Assembly: GCA_012295275.1 (NCBI GenBank)
Contig: CM022665.1
Span: 49,154,975 to 49,218,974 of the forward strand
Source: Chrysomallon squamiferum
Taxonomy: Eukaryota > Animalia > Mollusca
Length of the DNA: 64,000 nt
Reading direction: 5' to 3'
A program made the position numbers and the translations under genes. A model generated the notes under the pieces. It was not told where the DNA came from. It saw only the letters and a list, made by a program, of their open reading frames with translations, and ran no database searches. Below are positions 1-12,380 of this stretch, one piece after another; the first letter of the stretch is position 1, and each line of letters opens with the position of its first letter.

Positions 1-350
1 AATTTCAGTAGCTTACAGTACCCTGATTTTTACGTGACTCATACCTGTCCATAAAGATACGAACGTCAACTTCTGTAATATATCTAAATTAATAGAATGT
101 GTGTCAGTGATTTCAAATTATTACAAGTCAAACAAATGTCTCCTTCACGTCCTTGTTTCAAAATTTTCATAAAAGGTAACATAGGAGTTTCATTAATGTC
201 CTCGCTTTTTCTGTCTGTGACTTTGTCCATTTTTCTAATCTGAATGAGTGCTACTTGAATATAATAGTTGAAATAGAATTATTTTCTTATTAACGGAAAC
301 TGATGTTAATTTTAAGCATTTTATTTTTATTTATATTTCTGAAATTACAG

Positions 351-428
351 GTTTAACCTCTAAACAAAGGGCAATGGTACAGAAAGCACGTTTACTAATA
401 AAAACAGTTGGAAACATCACAATAGAAG
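351..428 (+). CDS. 78-nt phase-1 exon, GLTSKQRAMVQKARLLIKTVGNITIE
   Basis: ttacAG acceptor, AG|gtaatt donor, length 3n, only the phase-1 frame is open. Confidence 0.7.
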
Positions 429-1105
429 GTAATTACAGTTTAATTTTTTTCTTTACAGTTTTCTGAATTTAATAATATTCGAAAGATGATGAAAAAAGAC
501 AGAAACTAGTAACAAATAATATATTATTACATGATTGAACCTTGTTAGTTTAATTTCATGCTTTACGTAACAAGTAACCTTCATTTTATTCAAACGGAAT
601 TTGGATATTCAAACTTCAAAATGATATCTCGCTTCAAAGGACTCGTAAGTTATTATTTTGTTGTAATTATTAGTTTTATTTATTTATTTATTTATTTACT
701 AATATATTTATGTGTCACTATTTTGATATCTCGAATTTTCAGTAGCTTACAGGACCCTGCCCTGATTCTTACGTTAATCATACCTTTCCAAAAAAAAATA
801 AAAAAATAATGGAACGTCAACTTTTGTAATATACCTCAATTAGTAGAATGTTTGTCAGTAATTTCAAATTGTTACAAGTCAGACAAATGTCTCCTTCACT
901 TCCTTGTATCAGAATTATCATAAAAGGTAACATCAGAGTTTCATTAATGTCCTGGCTTTGTTGTCAGATAATGTCTGTCTGTGACTTTGTCAATTTATCT
1001 AATCTGAATGAGTACTACATGAATATAACAGGTGAAATAAAACATGTTTTTTTTATAATGTTAATTTTAAACATTTTATTTTTATGTATATTTAAGGAAT
1101 TTCAG

Positions 1106-1180
1106 GTTTAACCCGTGAACTATTGAAAATCCTGGAACAGAAAACTTGTTCACTGATAAATGCAGTTGGAAACATCAGTT
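1106..1180 (+). pseudogene. Small-exon copy with donor deleted (GLTRELLKILEQKTCSLINAVGNI)
   Basis: Acceptor ttcAG intact; the ~18 nt spanning exon end and GT are missing relative to the 351 copy. Confidence 0.6.
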
Positions 1181-1405
1181 TAATTTTTTTCTTTACAATT
1201 TCGTAAATTTAATAATTTTCGAAAGATGATGAAAAATCCCCAAAGAAAGTAGGAAGGAATTGTACATTATTGCATACTAAACCTTGTTAGTTTAGTTTCG
1301 TACTTTATGTAACAAGTGACCCTCGTTTTATTAAAACATAATTTGGATATTCATGTTCGTAATGATCTTTGACTTCAAAACATTGGTAAAATTTTAATTG
1401 TTTTG

Positions 1406-1518
<113 letters not shown>

Positions 1519-1911
1519 CAAAGCTGTTTACACACACGGTGAATCAACTTTTCTATTTTCAGTCGTAAGTGAAACTCGTACACATCTAACAAAAACTCTC
1601 AATTTTCTATCTCGAAATCCTCAGTGGATGCTTAGAAAGAATTCATCCTTAAACATGAAAAATACGATTCAAGTTACGCGGTCTATACATCCAATAAATG
1701 AGCATGGCAATAAAATATTGATATCTCGTAGTTTCATTATTGTCCTGGTTTCGTTGTCAAAGAGTGTTTGTCTGTCTGTAACTTTATGGATTATTCTAAT
1801 CTGAATGAGTACTACAGGAATATAAAAGGTGAAATACAATTATTTTCTTATAAACGTAAGCTGATCTGAATTTAAAACATTATTTTAATATTTATATTAT
1901 TTAATTTACAG

Positions 1912-1992
1912 GTTTGATCCTTCACCCAGTGGAAATCATGAAACAGAATGTTTATTTACTACCAAAGACAGTTGAATACATCACAACAGAAG
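1912..1992 (+). CDS. 81-nt phase-1 exon, GLILHPVEIMKQNVYLLPKTVEYITTE
   Basis: tacAG acceptor, AG|gtatgt donor, other two frames contain stops. Confidence 0.72.
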
Positions 1993-2122
1993 GTATGTAC
2001 AATTTAATTTTGGTTTTTTACAATTTTGTAAAATTAATAATTTTCGAAAGATGATAATTTGGATATTCATGCTTCGTAATGATCTTTGACTTCAAAACAT
2101 TGGTAAAATGTTGATTGTTTTG

Positions 2123-2384
<262 letters not shown>

Positions 2385-3028
2385 ATATATATATTATGAC
2401 TTTTATTATTATTTCTGAAATGTCCTGTGTATCACAGCAATTAATATATTTGTAAAATCTGTTTTTGAGAATGTTGCAGACACGGTGAAACGCCTTTTGT
2501 ATTTCGTATCGTAAGTGAAACACATACACCTCTAACGAAAACATTCAGTTTTCTATCTCGAAGTCGTCTGTGGATGCTTCGAAGGAATTGATCCTTAAAA
2601 CTCAAAATCTCGATTCTATTTACACGGTCTATCCATCCAATAAATGTGCATGGCAATAAAATAGTGATATCTGGAAATTCAGTAGCTTACAGGACCCTGT
2701 CCTGATCATTACGTGACTCGTGTCTTTGAATTAACGAACGTCAACTTGTGTAATATATCTCAATCAGCAGAATGTTTGTGAGTGATTTCGAATCATTACA
2801 AGTCAGACAATGTTTCCTTGTTTCAAAATTATCATAACAGGTAACCTCAGAGTTTCATTAATGTCCTGTCTCCGCTTTCAAATAGTGTCTGTCTGTGACT
2901 ATTTGCATTTTTCTAATCTGAATGAGCACTGCATGAATATAACAGGTGAAATATGATTATTTTCTTATAAACGTAAGCTGATGATACGTTTAAACGTTTT
3001 ATTTTGATTTATATTTCTGAAATTACAG

Positions 3029-3106
3029 ATTTAATCCTTGAACGAATCCAAAAGATGCACAAAGTTTATTTGCTATTAAATGCAGTTGAAAGCATCACAG
3101 CAATAG
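3029..3106 (+). CDS. 78-nt phase-1 exon, DLILERIQKMHKVYLLLNAVESITAI
   Basis: ttacAG acceptor, AG|gtatgt donor, open in phase 1. Confidence 0.7.
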
Positions 3107-3674
3107 GTATGTTGAGTTTAATTTTTTGCTTTACAAATTTGTAATTATAATAATTTTCGAAAAAAGACGAAGGAACACAAGAAGTAGTAATAAGTAGTAT
3201 ATTATTACACGATTAAAGATTGTTACTTTAGTTTCATATTTTATCTAACAAGTGACCCTTGCTTTATTAAAACGTAATTTGGATATTCATCCTTGGTAAT
3301 GATACCTGACTTGAAAGGATTTTGACCTTTTCAATTCTTTTGTAACCATTATTTTTATTTATTTATTTACTTATCTCGAACTCGCCTGTTGATGCTCAAA
3401 AGAATTCATCTTTACAACTCATAATCTCGATTCAAGTTACGCGGTCTATACATCCAATAAATGAGCATGGCAATAAAATATTGATATCTCGTAGTTTCAT
3501 TATTGTCCTGGTTTCGTTGTCAAAGAGTGTTTGTCTGTCTGTAACTTTATGAATTATTCTAATCTGAATGAGTACTACAGGAATATAAAAGGTGAAATAC
3601 AATTATTTTCTTATAAACGTAAGCTGATCTAAATTTAAAACATTATTTTAATATTTATATTATTGAAATTACAG

Positions 3675-3755
3675 GTTTGATCCTTCAACAAATGGAACTC
3701 ATGCAACAGAATGTTTATTTACTACAAAAGACAGCTGAATACTTCACAATAGAAG
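3675..3755 (+). CDS. 81-nt phase-1 exon, GLILQQMELMQQNVYLLQKTAEYFTIE
   Basis: ttacAG acceptor, AG|gtatgt donor, paralogue of 1912-1992. Confidence 0.72.
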
Positions 3756-3995
3756 GTATGTACAATTCAATTGTGTTTTTTTACAATTTTGTAAATATAA
3801 TAATTTTCGAAAGATGATGAAAAATCCCCTAAGAAAGTAGGAAGGAATTGTACATTATTACATTATTAAACCTTGTTAGTTTAGTTTCGTACTTTATGTA
3901 ACAAGTGTCCCTCATTTTACTAAAACATAATTTGGATATTCATGCTTCGTAATGATCTTTGACTTCAAAACATTGGTAAAATTTTAATTGTTTTG

Positions 3996-4131
<136 letters not shown>

Positions 4132-4770
4132 CATCACTTTTATTATTATTTCTGAAATATCCTGTGTATCACAGCAATTAATATATTTGTAAAATCTGTT
4201 TTTGAGAAAGTTGCAGACACGGTGAAACGCCTTTTGTATTTCGTATCGTAAATGAAACACATACACCTCCAACGAAAACATTCAGTTTTCTATCTCGAAG
4301 TCGTCTGTGGATGCTTCGAAGGAATTGATCCTTAAAACTCAAAATCTCGATTCTATTTACACGGTCTATCCATCCAATAAATGTGCATGGCAATAAAATA
4401 GTGATATCTGGAAATTCAGTAGCTTACAGGACCCTGCCCTGATCATTAAGTGACTCGACTTGTGTCTTTGTATTAACGAACGTCAACTTGTGTAATATAT
4501 CTCAATCAGCAGAATGTTTGTGAGTGATTTCGAATCATTACAAGTCAGACAATGTTTCCTTGTTTCAAAATTATCATAACAGGTAACCTCGGAGTTTCAT
4601 TAATGTCCTGTCTCCGCTTTCAAATAGTGTCTGTCTGTGACTATTTGCATTTTTCTAATGTGAATGAGCACTGCATGAATATAACAGGTGAAATATAATT
4701 ATTTTCTTATAAACGTAAGCTGATGATACGTTTAAACATTTTATTTTGATTTATGTTTTTGAAATTACAG

Positions 4771-4800
4771 GTTTATACAGTTAAACCATCCTATTACTTG
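4771..4800 (+). pseudogene. Internally deleted small-exon copy without donor
   Basis: gaaattacAG|gttta acceptor at the homologous position; exon body collapsed. Confidence 0.45.
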
Positions 4801-5407
4801 ATATTTACAATTCAAAAAAATAATATCGTTCACAAAGTTTGCAAATTTCAGGAGTTTTGAAAGATAATGAAAGAACACACAATATATTAATAAATAAATA
4901 TACTGTTACATGGTTAAACCTTGCTAGTTTAATTTCAACCTTTAGGTAACAACTGACCGTCGTTTTATTAAAAAGTAATTTGCATATTCACTCTTCGAAA
5001 AGATGTCTGACTTGAAAGGATTCGTAACCATTTAACTGTTTTGAAATCATTTTATTTATTTATTTATTTATTTATTTAATTATTTTTTCATTTATTTATT
5101 TATTTATCATTTTTATTATTGCTATTGAAAGGACCTGTGTATCGCACCCTTTGATATATCTGTAAACTCTGTTTCTGACAGTTATTTGCAGACACGAAGA
5201 AACACCTTTTGTATTTTGTATCGTAATTGAAACAAGTAAACATCTAATAAAACGCTCAATTTTCTATCTCGAAGTCGTTTGTGGATGCTTAGAAAGAAAT
5301 CATCCTTACAGCTCATAATCTTGATTCTAGTTACACAATTCTAGTTTTGTTATAAACGTATGTTAATTTTAAGCATTTTATTTTTATATATATTTCTCAA
5401 ATTACAG

Positions 5408-5488
5408 GTTTACCCACAGAACAAAGGCAAATCGTGATACAGGACATTAATTCACTAAGAATAAAAATTGCAAAGAACACCAGAGAAG
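5408..5488 (+). CDS. 81-nt phase-1 exon, GLPTEQRQIVIQDINSLRIKIAKNTRE
   Basis: ttacAG acceptor, AG|gtatgt donor, open in phase 1. Confidence 0.72.
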
Positions 5489-5774
5489 GTATGTTCAGTT
5501 CAACTGTTTTCTTTACAATTTTGTAAATTTAATAATATTTAGAAGATGATGAAAGAACACAAGAAGTAGTAACAAATAATATATTATTACATGATTCAAC
5601 CTTGTCAGTTTAGTTTCATACTTTATGTTATAAGTGACCCTCATTTTATTAAAACATAATTTGCATATTCATCCTTCCTAATAATGTCTGACTTGAAAAA
5701 ATTCGTAACCTTTTAATTTTTTGGTAATCATTATAGAATTATAACATAATAATTACAAGTTTTTAAAAAGATTT

Positions 5775-5818
<44 letters not shown>

Positions 5819-6444
5819 CTATTGAAAGAGCCTGCGTTTCGCACCATTTGATATGTCTGTAAAATTTGTTTTTAACAAAGCTGTTCGCGCACACGGTGAA
5901 TCGCCTTTTGTATTTTGAATCGTAACTGAAACGCTTACTCATCTAACGAAAACGCTCTTCTTTCTATCTCGAAATCCTCTGTAGATGCTTAGAAAGAGTT
6001 CATGCTTACAACTCATAATCTCGATTCTGGTTACACAGTTTACCCATCCAACAAATCAGCATGTAAATAAAATAGTGATATCTGGAAATTCAGTAGCTTA
6101 CAGGACCCTGTCCTGATCATTACGTGACTCGACTTGTGTCTTTGTATTAACGAACGTCAACTTGTGTAATATATCTCAATCAGCAGAATGTTTGTGAGTG
6201 ATTTCAAATTATTACAAGTCAGACAATGTTTCCTTGTTTCAAAATTATCATAACAGGTAACCTCGGAGTTTCATTAATGTCCTGTCTCCGCTTTCAAATA
6301 GTGTCTGTCTGTGACTATTTGCATTTTTCTAATGTGAATGAGCACTGCATGAATATAACAGGTGAAATATAATTATTTTCTTATAAACGTAAGCTGATGA
6401 TACGTTTAAACATTTTATTTTGATTTATATTTCTGAAATTACAC

Positions 6445-6527
6445 GTTTAATCCTTGAACAAATCAAAAGCATACAGAAAGCCTGTTTGCTATTAAATATA
6501 TTTGAACACATCATTAAATGCTTAGAC
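6445..6527 (+). pseudogene. Small-exon copy with mutated acceptor (ttacAC), truncated near the minisatellite
   Basis: Homology to the 3029 exon; AG changed to AC; no donor. Confidence 0.55.
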
Positions 6528-8560
6528 ACAGTTGAGAAGAGACGAGACAGAACAGTTGAGAAGAGATGAGACAGAACAGTTGAGAAGTGATGAAACAGAA
6601 CAGTTGAGAAGTGACGAGAGAGAACAGTTGAGAAGTGATGAGACAGAACAGTTGAGAAGTGAGAAGAGAGAACAGTTGAGAACTGAGAAGAGAGAACAGT
6701 TGAGAAGTGATGAGACAGAACAGTTGAGAAGTGACGAGAGAGAACAGTTGAGAACTGAGAAGAGAGAACAGTTGAGAACTGAAGAGAGAGAACAGTTGAG
6801 AACTGAAGAGAGAGAACAGTTGAGAACTGAAGAGAGAGAACAGTTAAGAACTGAAGAGAGAGAACAGTTGAGAAGTGAAGAGAGAACAATTGAGAACTGA
6901 AGAGAGAACAGTTGAGAAGTGAAGAGAGAGAACAGTTGAGAAGTGAAGAGAGAACAATTCAGAACTAAAGAGAGAACATTTGAGAAGTGAAGAGAGAGAA
7001 CAGTTGAGAAGTGAAGAGAGAACAGTTGAGAAGTGAAGAGAGAGAACAGTTGAGAAGTGAAGAGAGAACAATTGAGAACTGAGAAGAGAGAGAACAGTTG
7101 AGAACTGAGAAGAGACAGAACAGTTGAGAACTGAGAAGAGAGAGAACAGTTGAGAACTGAAGAGTGAACAGTTGAGAAGTGAAGAGAGGGAACAGTTGAG
7201 AAGTGAAGAGAGAGAACAGTTGAGAAGTGAAGAGAGAACAGTTGAGAAGTGAAGAGAGAACAGTTGAGAAGTGAAGAGAGAGAACAGTTGAGAAGTGAAG
7301 AGAGAACAGTTGAGAAATGAAGAGAGAGAACAGTTGAGAAGTGAAGAGAGAACAGTTGAAAAGTGAAGAGAGAGAACAGTTGAGAAGTGAAGATAGAACA
7401 GTTGAGAAGTGAAGAGAGAACAGTTGAGAAGTGAAGAGAGAGAACAGTTGAGAAGTGAAGAGAGAACAGTTGAGAAGTGAAGAGAGAGAACAGTTGAGAA
7501 GTGAAGAGAGAACAGTTGAAAAGTGAAGAGAGAAAGTTGAGAAGTGAAGAGAGAGAACAGTTGAGAAGTGAAGAGAGAGAACAGTTGAGAAGTGAAGAGA
7601 GAACAGTTGAGAAGTGAAGAGAGAACAGTTGAGAAGTGAAGAGAGAGAACAGTTGAGAAGTGAAGAGAGAATAGTTGAGAAATGAAGAGAGAGAACAGTT
7701 GAGAAGTGAAGAGAGAACAGTTGAGAAGTGAAGAGAGAGAACAGTTGAGAAGTGAAGAGAGAACAGTTGAGAAGTGAAGAGAGAGAACAGTTGAGAAGTG
7801 AAGAGAGAACAGTTGAGAAGTGAAGAAAGAGAACAGTTGAGAAGTGAAGAGAGAACAGTTGAGAAGTGAAGAGAGAAAACAGTTGAGAAGTGAAGAGAGA
7901 ATAGTTGAGAAGTGAAGAGAGAACAGTTGAGAAGTGAAGAGAGAGAACAGTTGAGAAGTGAAGAGAGAACAGTTGAGAAGTGAAGAGAGAACAGTTGAGA
8001 ACTGAAGAGTGAACAGTTGAGAACTGAGAAGAGAGAGAACAGTTGAGAAGTGAAGAGAGAGAACAGTTGAGAAGTGATGAGAGAACAGTTGAGAAGTGAA
8101 GAGAGAACAGTTGAGAAGTGAAGAGAGAGAACAGTTGAGAAGTGAAGAGAGAACAGTTGAGAAGTGAAGAGAGAGAACAGTTGAGAAGTGAAGAGAGAAC
8201 AGTTGAGAAGTGAAGAGACAACAGTGGAGAACTGAAGAGAGAATAGTTGAGAACTGAGAAGAGAGAGAACAGTTGAGAACTGAGAAGAGAACAGTTGAGA
8301 ACTGAGAAGAGAGAGAACAGTTGAGAAGTGAAGAGATGGAACAGTTGAGAAGTGAAGAGAGAGAACAGTTGAGAAGTGAAGAGAGAACAGTTGAGAAGTG
8401 AAGAGAGAACAGTTGAGAAGTGAAGATACAGAACAGTTGAGAAGTGAAGAGAGAGAATAGTTTAGAAGTGACGAGACAGAACAGTTGAGAACTGAAGACA
8501 GAACATTTGAGAAGAGATGAGTCAGAACAGTTGAGAAACAATGAGTCAGAACAGTTGAGA
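6528..8560 (+). repeat. Purine-rich 22/24-bp minisatellite (CAGTTGAGAAGTGAAGAGAG[AG]AA)n
   Basis: Direct observation; relative of the 53.8-56.2 kb repeat; 5' part has in-frame 24-mers, remainder mixes 22/24-mers. Confidence 0.97.
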
Positions 8561-8743
8561 AACATAATTTCCTTGTTGTATTATTTCATTTTCGTTGTTA
8601 TTGTATATCACAGTTCCACATAATATTATTCTCCTGTTAAACTGCCGTGCGTATGTCTGTGTCTGTTTGTGTATCAGTGTGTTGTGTTGATTAGTGAGTA
8701 GAAATGTATACAATTATGAACAAGCTCATTTATGTGTACACAG

Positions 8744-8922
8744 GCAAAACACGTGATAGCACGTCCTGCTTTCACTGCGGCGGAGGTCTTTCTAATTGGA
8801 TGCAGGGACAAAACCCTTACGTGGAACACGCCAGATGGTTTCCAGAATGCGATTTCATCAGACATGTGAAGGGAGACAATTTTGTGGATTTGGTACAAGA
8901 AATGGATGAAAATGAAGAGCAG
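8744..8922 (+). CDS. IAP exon B copy 1: BIR C-terminal half (CFHC-x16-H-x6-C)
   Basis: acacAG acceptor, CAG|gtaagt donor, phase 1 to 0, [36 protein letters not shown]. Confidence 0.85.
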
Positions 8923-8998
8923 GTAAGTAGCTGACATTTTTAACTTTACCACGAAAATATTAAACTTGCATAAATATGTGTACCGGTGTTTTCACTAG

Positions 8999-9043
8999 GA
9001 ATCAGAAATCGCTGGTGATGAGGAAGAAATTGAACCCGTTACG
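8999..9043 (+). CDS. Candidate 45-nt acidic linker exon C (ESEIAGDEEEIEPVT); copies at 10574, 12158, 13739, 15322, 16909, 18494 (44 nt)
   Basis: ttttcactAG acceptor, ACG|gtaagt donor, phase 0-0. Confidence 0.55.
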
Positions 9044-9222
9044 GTAAGTGAAAATCTGAGCACATGGTTCAAGAACTTCTGAGCAGATTAGATGTCAGTT
9101 CAGTGTTACCAGGATTGGAATCTGCTGGTAAGAGTTTGGTCACTAGATGTTGTGGTGTTGTTTTTAGTGATTCTCATCAAAGTTCTTCACAGCTTTGTGT
9201 CAATAATTTACTAATCTTTCAG

Positions 9223-10497
9223 CTGTCCAGTCTTCTATTTGAAAACTCCTTTTCATCATTGAAAACACCATGTCACAGCGACTACGTCGACGTACAAAGA
9301 CGCATTTCGTCTTTTGAACAGCGGTGGCCTCATTCTGACAACCAGTCTCCGACAGAACTGGCAGAAGCCGGTTTCTTCTTCTCTGGTTAGTGCAACTCTT
9401 ACTTAATTAGTAGAAATCTTCACATTTTAATAATCATTTGAAAATCTTCTTCCTCTAATTTATACTTCTACCATATAAATAGTTTTTATCTTAATGTTAC
9501 TTTCAATAGCAACTTCAAATACTTGACGTCTTAATAGTCACTGGAACATTTGTCCATTTTAATAGTCGTTTAAAATCTGACATTTCAATTGATTTTCAAA
9601 ACGTTAGGTATTTTAACAATAATTTAGAATCTTTGACATTATAATACTGAATTCAATTTTTCACCATTTTAATCTTCATCTCGAATTTTAAAGTTCTGAT
9701 AGAAATTTAGATTTTCATTTGTATACGTATTTTAACTGTCGTTTGACTTTTTTGACAGTTAAATAGTTTTGTGAAGTTACTGACTGTTTGACAGTCTTTT
9801 GAAATTCTTTTCTATTTCCAAATTTTACAGCACGAAATATACATTGTTACCAGTACTAGGCATCTGATTATTGTTACAGACGAAATAAATAAATAAATAA
9901 ATAAATAAATTAATTTGAAAAGTCACCTAAGAACTTGGAAGAAGAACAGAGCTTATTTTTAATTCACGACATTTGTCCGTATAGTTTATATTGCAATTTA
10001 GTTTCTAAATGTTCTATTCTGGCTGTTGCTGCTTTTTTTGTTGTTGTTTTTATTATGAAACTCAGTATGAACATTTGTCTGACTTTAGTTAAAAGGAAAC
10101 AAAAAATAACAAGAAGAACAAAAATATAAAACACAAACATAATTTCTTTGTTGTATTATTTCATTTTCGTTGTTATTGTATATCACAGTTCCACATAATA
10201 TTATTCTCCTGTTAAACTGCCGTGCGTATGTCTGTGTCTGTTTGTGTGTCAGTGTGTTGTGTTGATTAGTGAGTAGAAATGTATACAATTATGAACAAGC
10301 TCATTTATGTGTACACAGGCAAAACACGTGATAGCACGTCCTGCTTTCACTGCGGCGGAGGTCTTTCTAATTGGATGCAGGGACAAAACCCTTACGTGGA
10401 ACACGCCAGATGGTTTCCAGAATGCGATTTCATCAGACATGTGAAGGGAGACAATTTTGTGGATTTGGTACAAGAAATGGATGAAAATGAAGAGCAG
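9223..10497 (+). CDS. Split BIR domain: exon A 9223-9385 + exon B 10319-10497
   Basis: [11 protein letters not shown]...[10 protein letters not shown]|gttagt joined in phase 1 to CFHC...H...C; 5' acceptor of exon A inferred. Confidence 0.78.
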
Positions 10498-10797
10498 GTA
10501 AGTAGCTGACATTTTTAACTTTACCACGAAAATATTAAACTTGCATAAATATGTGTACCGGTGTTTTCACTAGGAATCAGAAATCGCTGGTGATGAGGAA
10601 GAAATTGAACCCGTTACGGTAAGTGAAAATCTGAGCACATGGTTCAAGAACTTCTGAGCAGATTAGATGTCAGTTCAGTGTTACCAGGATTGGAATCTGC
10701 TGGTAAGAGTTTGGTCACTAGATGTTGTTGTGGTCTTTTTAGTGATTCTCATCAAAGTTCTTCACAGCTTTGCGACAATAATTTACTAATCTTTCAG

Positions 10798-12081
10798 CTG
10801 TCCAGTCTTCTATTTGAACACTCCTTTTCATCAGCCCCGCCATTGAAAACACCATGTCACAGCGACTACGTCGACGTACAAAGACGCATTTCGTCTTTTG
10901 AACAGCGGTGGCCTCATTCTGACAACCAGTCTCCGACAGAACTGGCAGAAGCCGGTTTCTTCTTCTCTGGTTAGTGCAACTCTTACTTAATTAGTAGAAA
11001 TCTTCACATTTTAATAATCATTTGAAAATCTTCTTCCTCTAATTTATACTTCTACCATATAAATAGTTTTTATCTTAATGTTACTTTCAATAGCAACTTC
11101 AAATACTTGACGTCTTAATAGTCACTGGAACATTTGTCCATTTTAATAGTCGTTTAAAATCTGACATTTCAATTGATTTTCAAAACGTTAGGTATTTTAA
11201 CAATAATTTAGAATCTTTGACATTATAATACTGAATTCAATTTTTCACCATTTTAATCTTCATCTCGAATTTTAAAGTTCTGATAGAAATTTAGATTTTC
11301 ATTTGTATACGTATTTTAACTGTCGTTTGACTTTTTGACAGTTAAATAGTTTTTGTGAAGTTACTGACTGTTTGACAGTCTTTTGAAATTCTTTTCTATT
11401 TCCAAATTTTACAGCACGAAATATACATTGTTACCAGTACTAGGCATCTGATTATTGTTACAGACGAAATAAATAAATAAATAAATAAATAAATTAATTT
11501 GAAAAGTCACCTAAGAACTTGGAAGAAGAACAGAGCTTATTTTTAATTCACGACATTTGTCCGTATAGTTTATATTGCAATTTAGTTTCTAAATGTTCTA
11601 TTCTGGCTGTTGCTGCTTTTTTTGTTGTTGTTTTTATTATGAAACTCAGTATGAACATTTGTCTGACTTTAGTTAAAAGGAAACAAAAAATAACAAGAAG
11701 AACAAAAATATAAAACACAAACATAATTTCTTTGTTGTATTATTTCATTTTCGTTGTTATTGTATATCACAGTTCCACATAATATTATTCTCCTGTTAAA
11801 CTGCCGTGCGTATGTCTGTGTCTGTTTGTGTGTCAGTGTGTTGTGTTGATTAGTGAGTAGAAATGTATACAATTATGAACAAGCTCATTTATGTGTACAC
11901 AGGCAAAACACGTGATAGCACGTCCTGCTTTCACTGCGGCGGAGGTCTTTCTAATTGGATGCAGGGACAAAACCCTTACGTGGAACACGCCAGATGGTTT
12001 CCAGAATGCGATTTCATCAGACATGTGAAGGGAGACAATTTTGTGGATTTGGTACAAGAAATGGATGAAAATGAAGAGCAG
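10798..12081 (+). CDS. Split BIR domain: exon A 10798(or 10835)-10969 + exon B 11903-12081
   Basis: As above, both exons open. Confidence 0.78.
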
Positions 12082-12380
12082 GTAAGTAGCTGACATTTTT
12101 AACTTTACCACGAAAATATTAAACTTGCATAAATATGTGTACCGGTGTTTTCACTAGGAATCAGAAATCGCTGGTGATGAGGAAGAAATTGAACCCGTTA
12201 CGGTAAGTGAAAATCTGAGCACATGGTTCAAGAACTTCTGAGCAGATTAGATGTCAGTTCAGTGTTACCAGGATTGGAATCTGCTGGTAAGAGTTTGGTC
12301 ACTAGATGTTGTTGTGGTCTTTTAGTGATTCTCATCAAAGTTCTTCACAGCTTTGCGACAATAATTTACTAATCTTTCAG

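Noticed and set aside
6425-8565. Long minus-strand Ser/Leu-rich ORFs (also 53767-56346)
   Set aside because: Antisense read-through of the purine-rich minisatellite
8704-8934. 76-aa ORF as a standalone mini-gene
   Set aside because: Only half a BIR; the ATG lies in the intron upstream of a clear acceptor
8674-8952. Repeated 92-aa minus-strand ORF
   Set aside because: Shadow of exon B, repeated only because the unit is repeated
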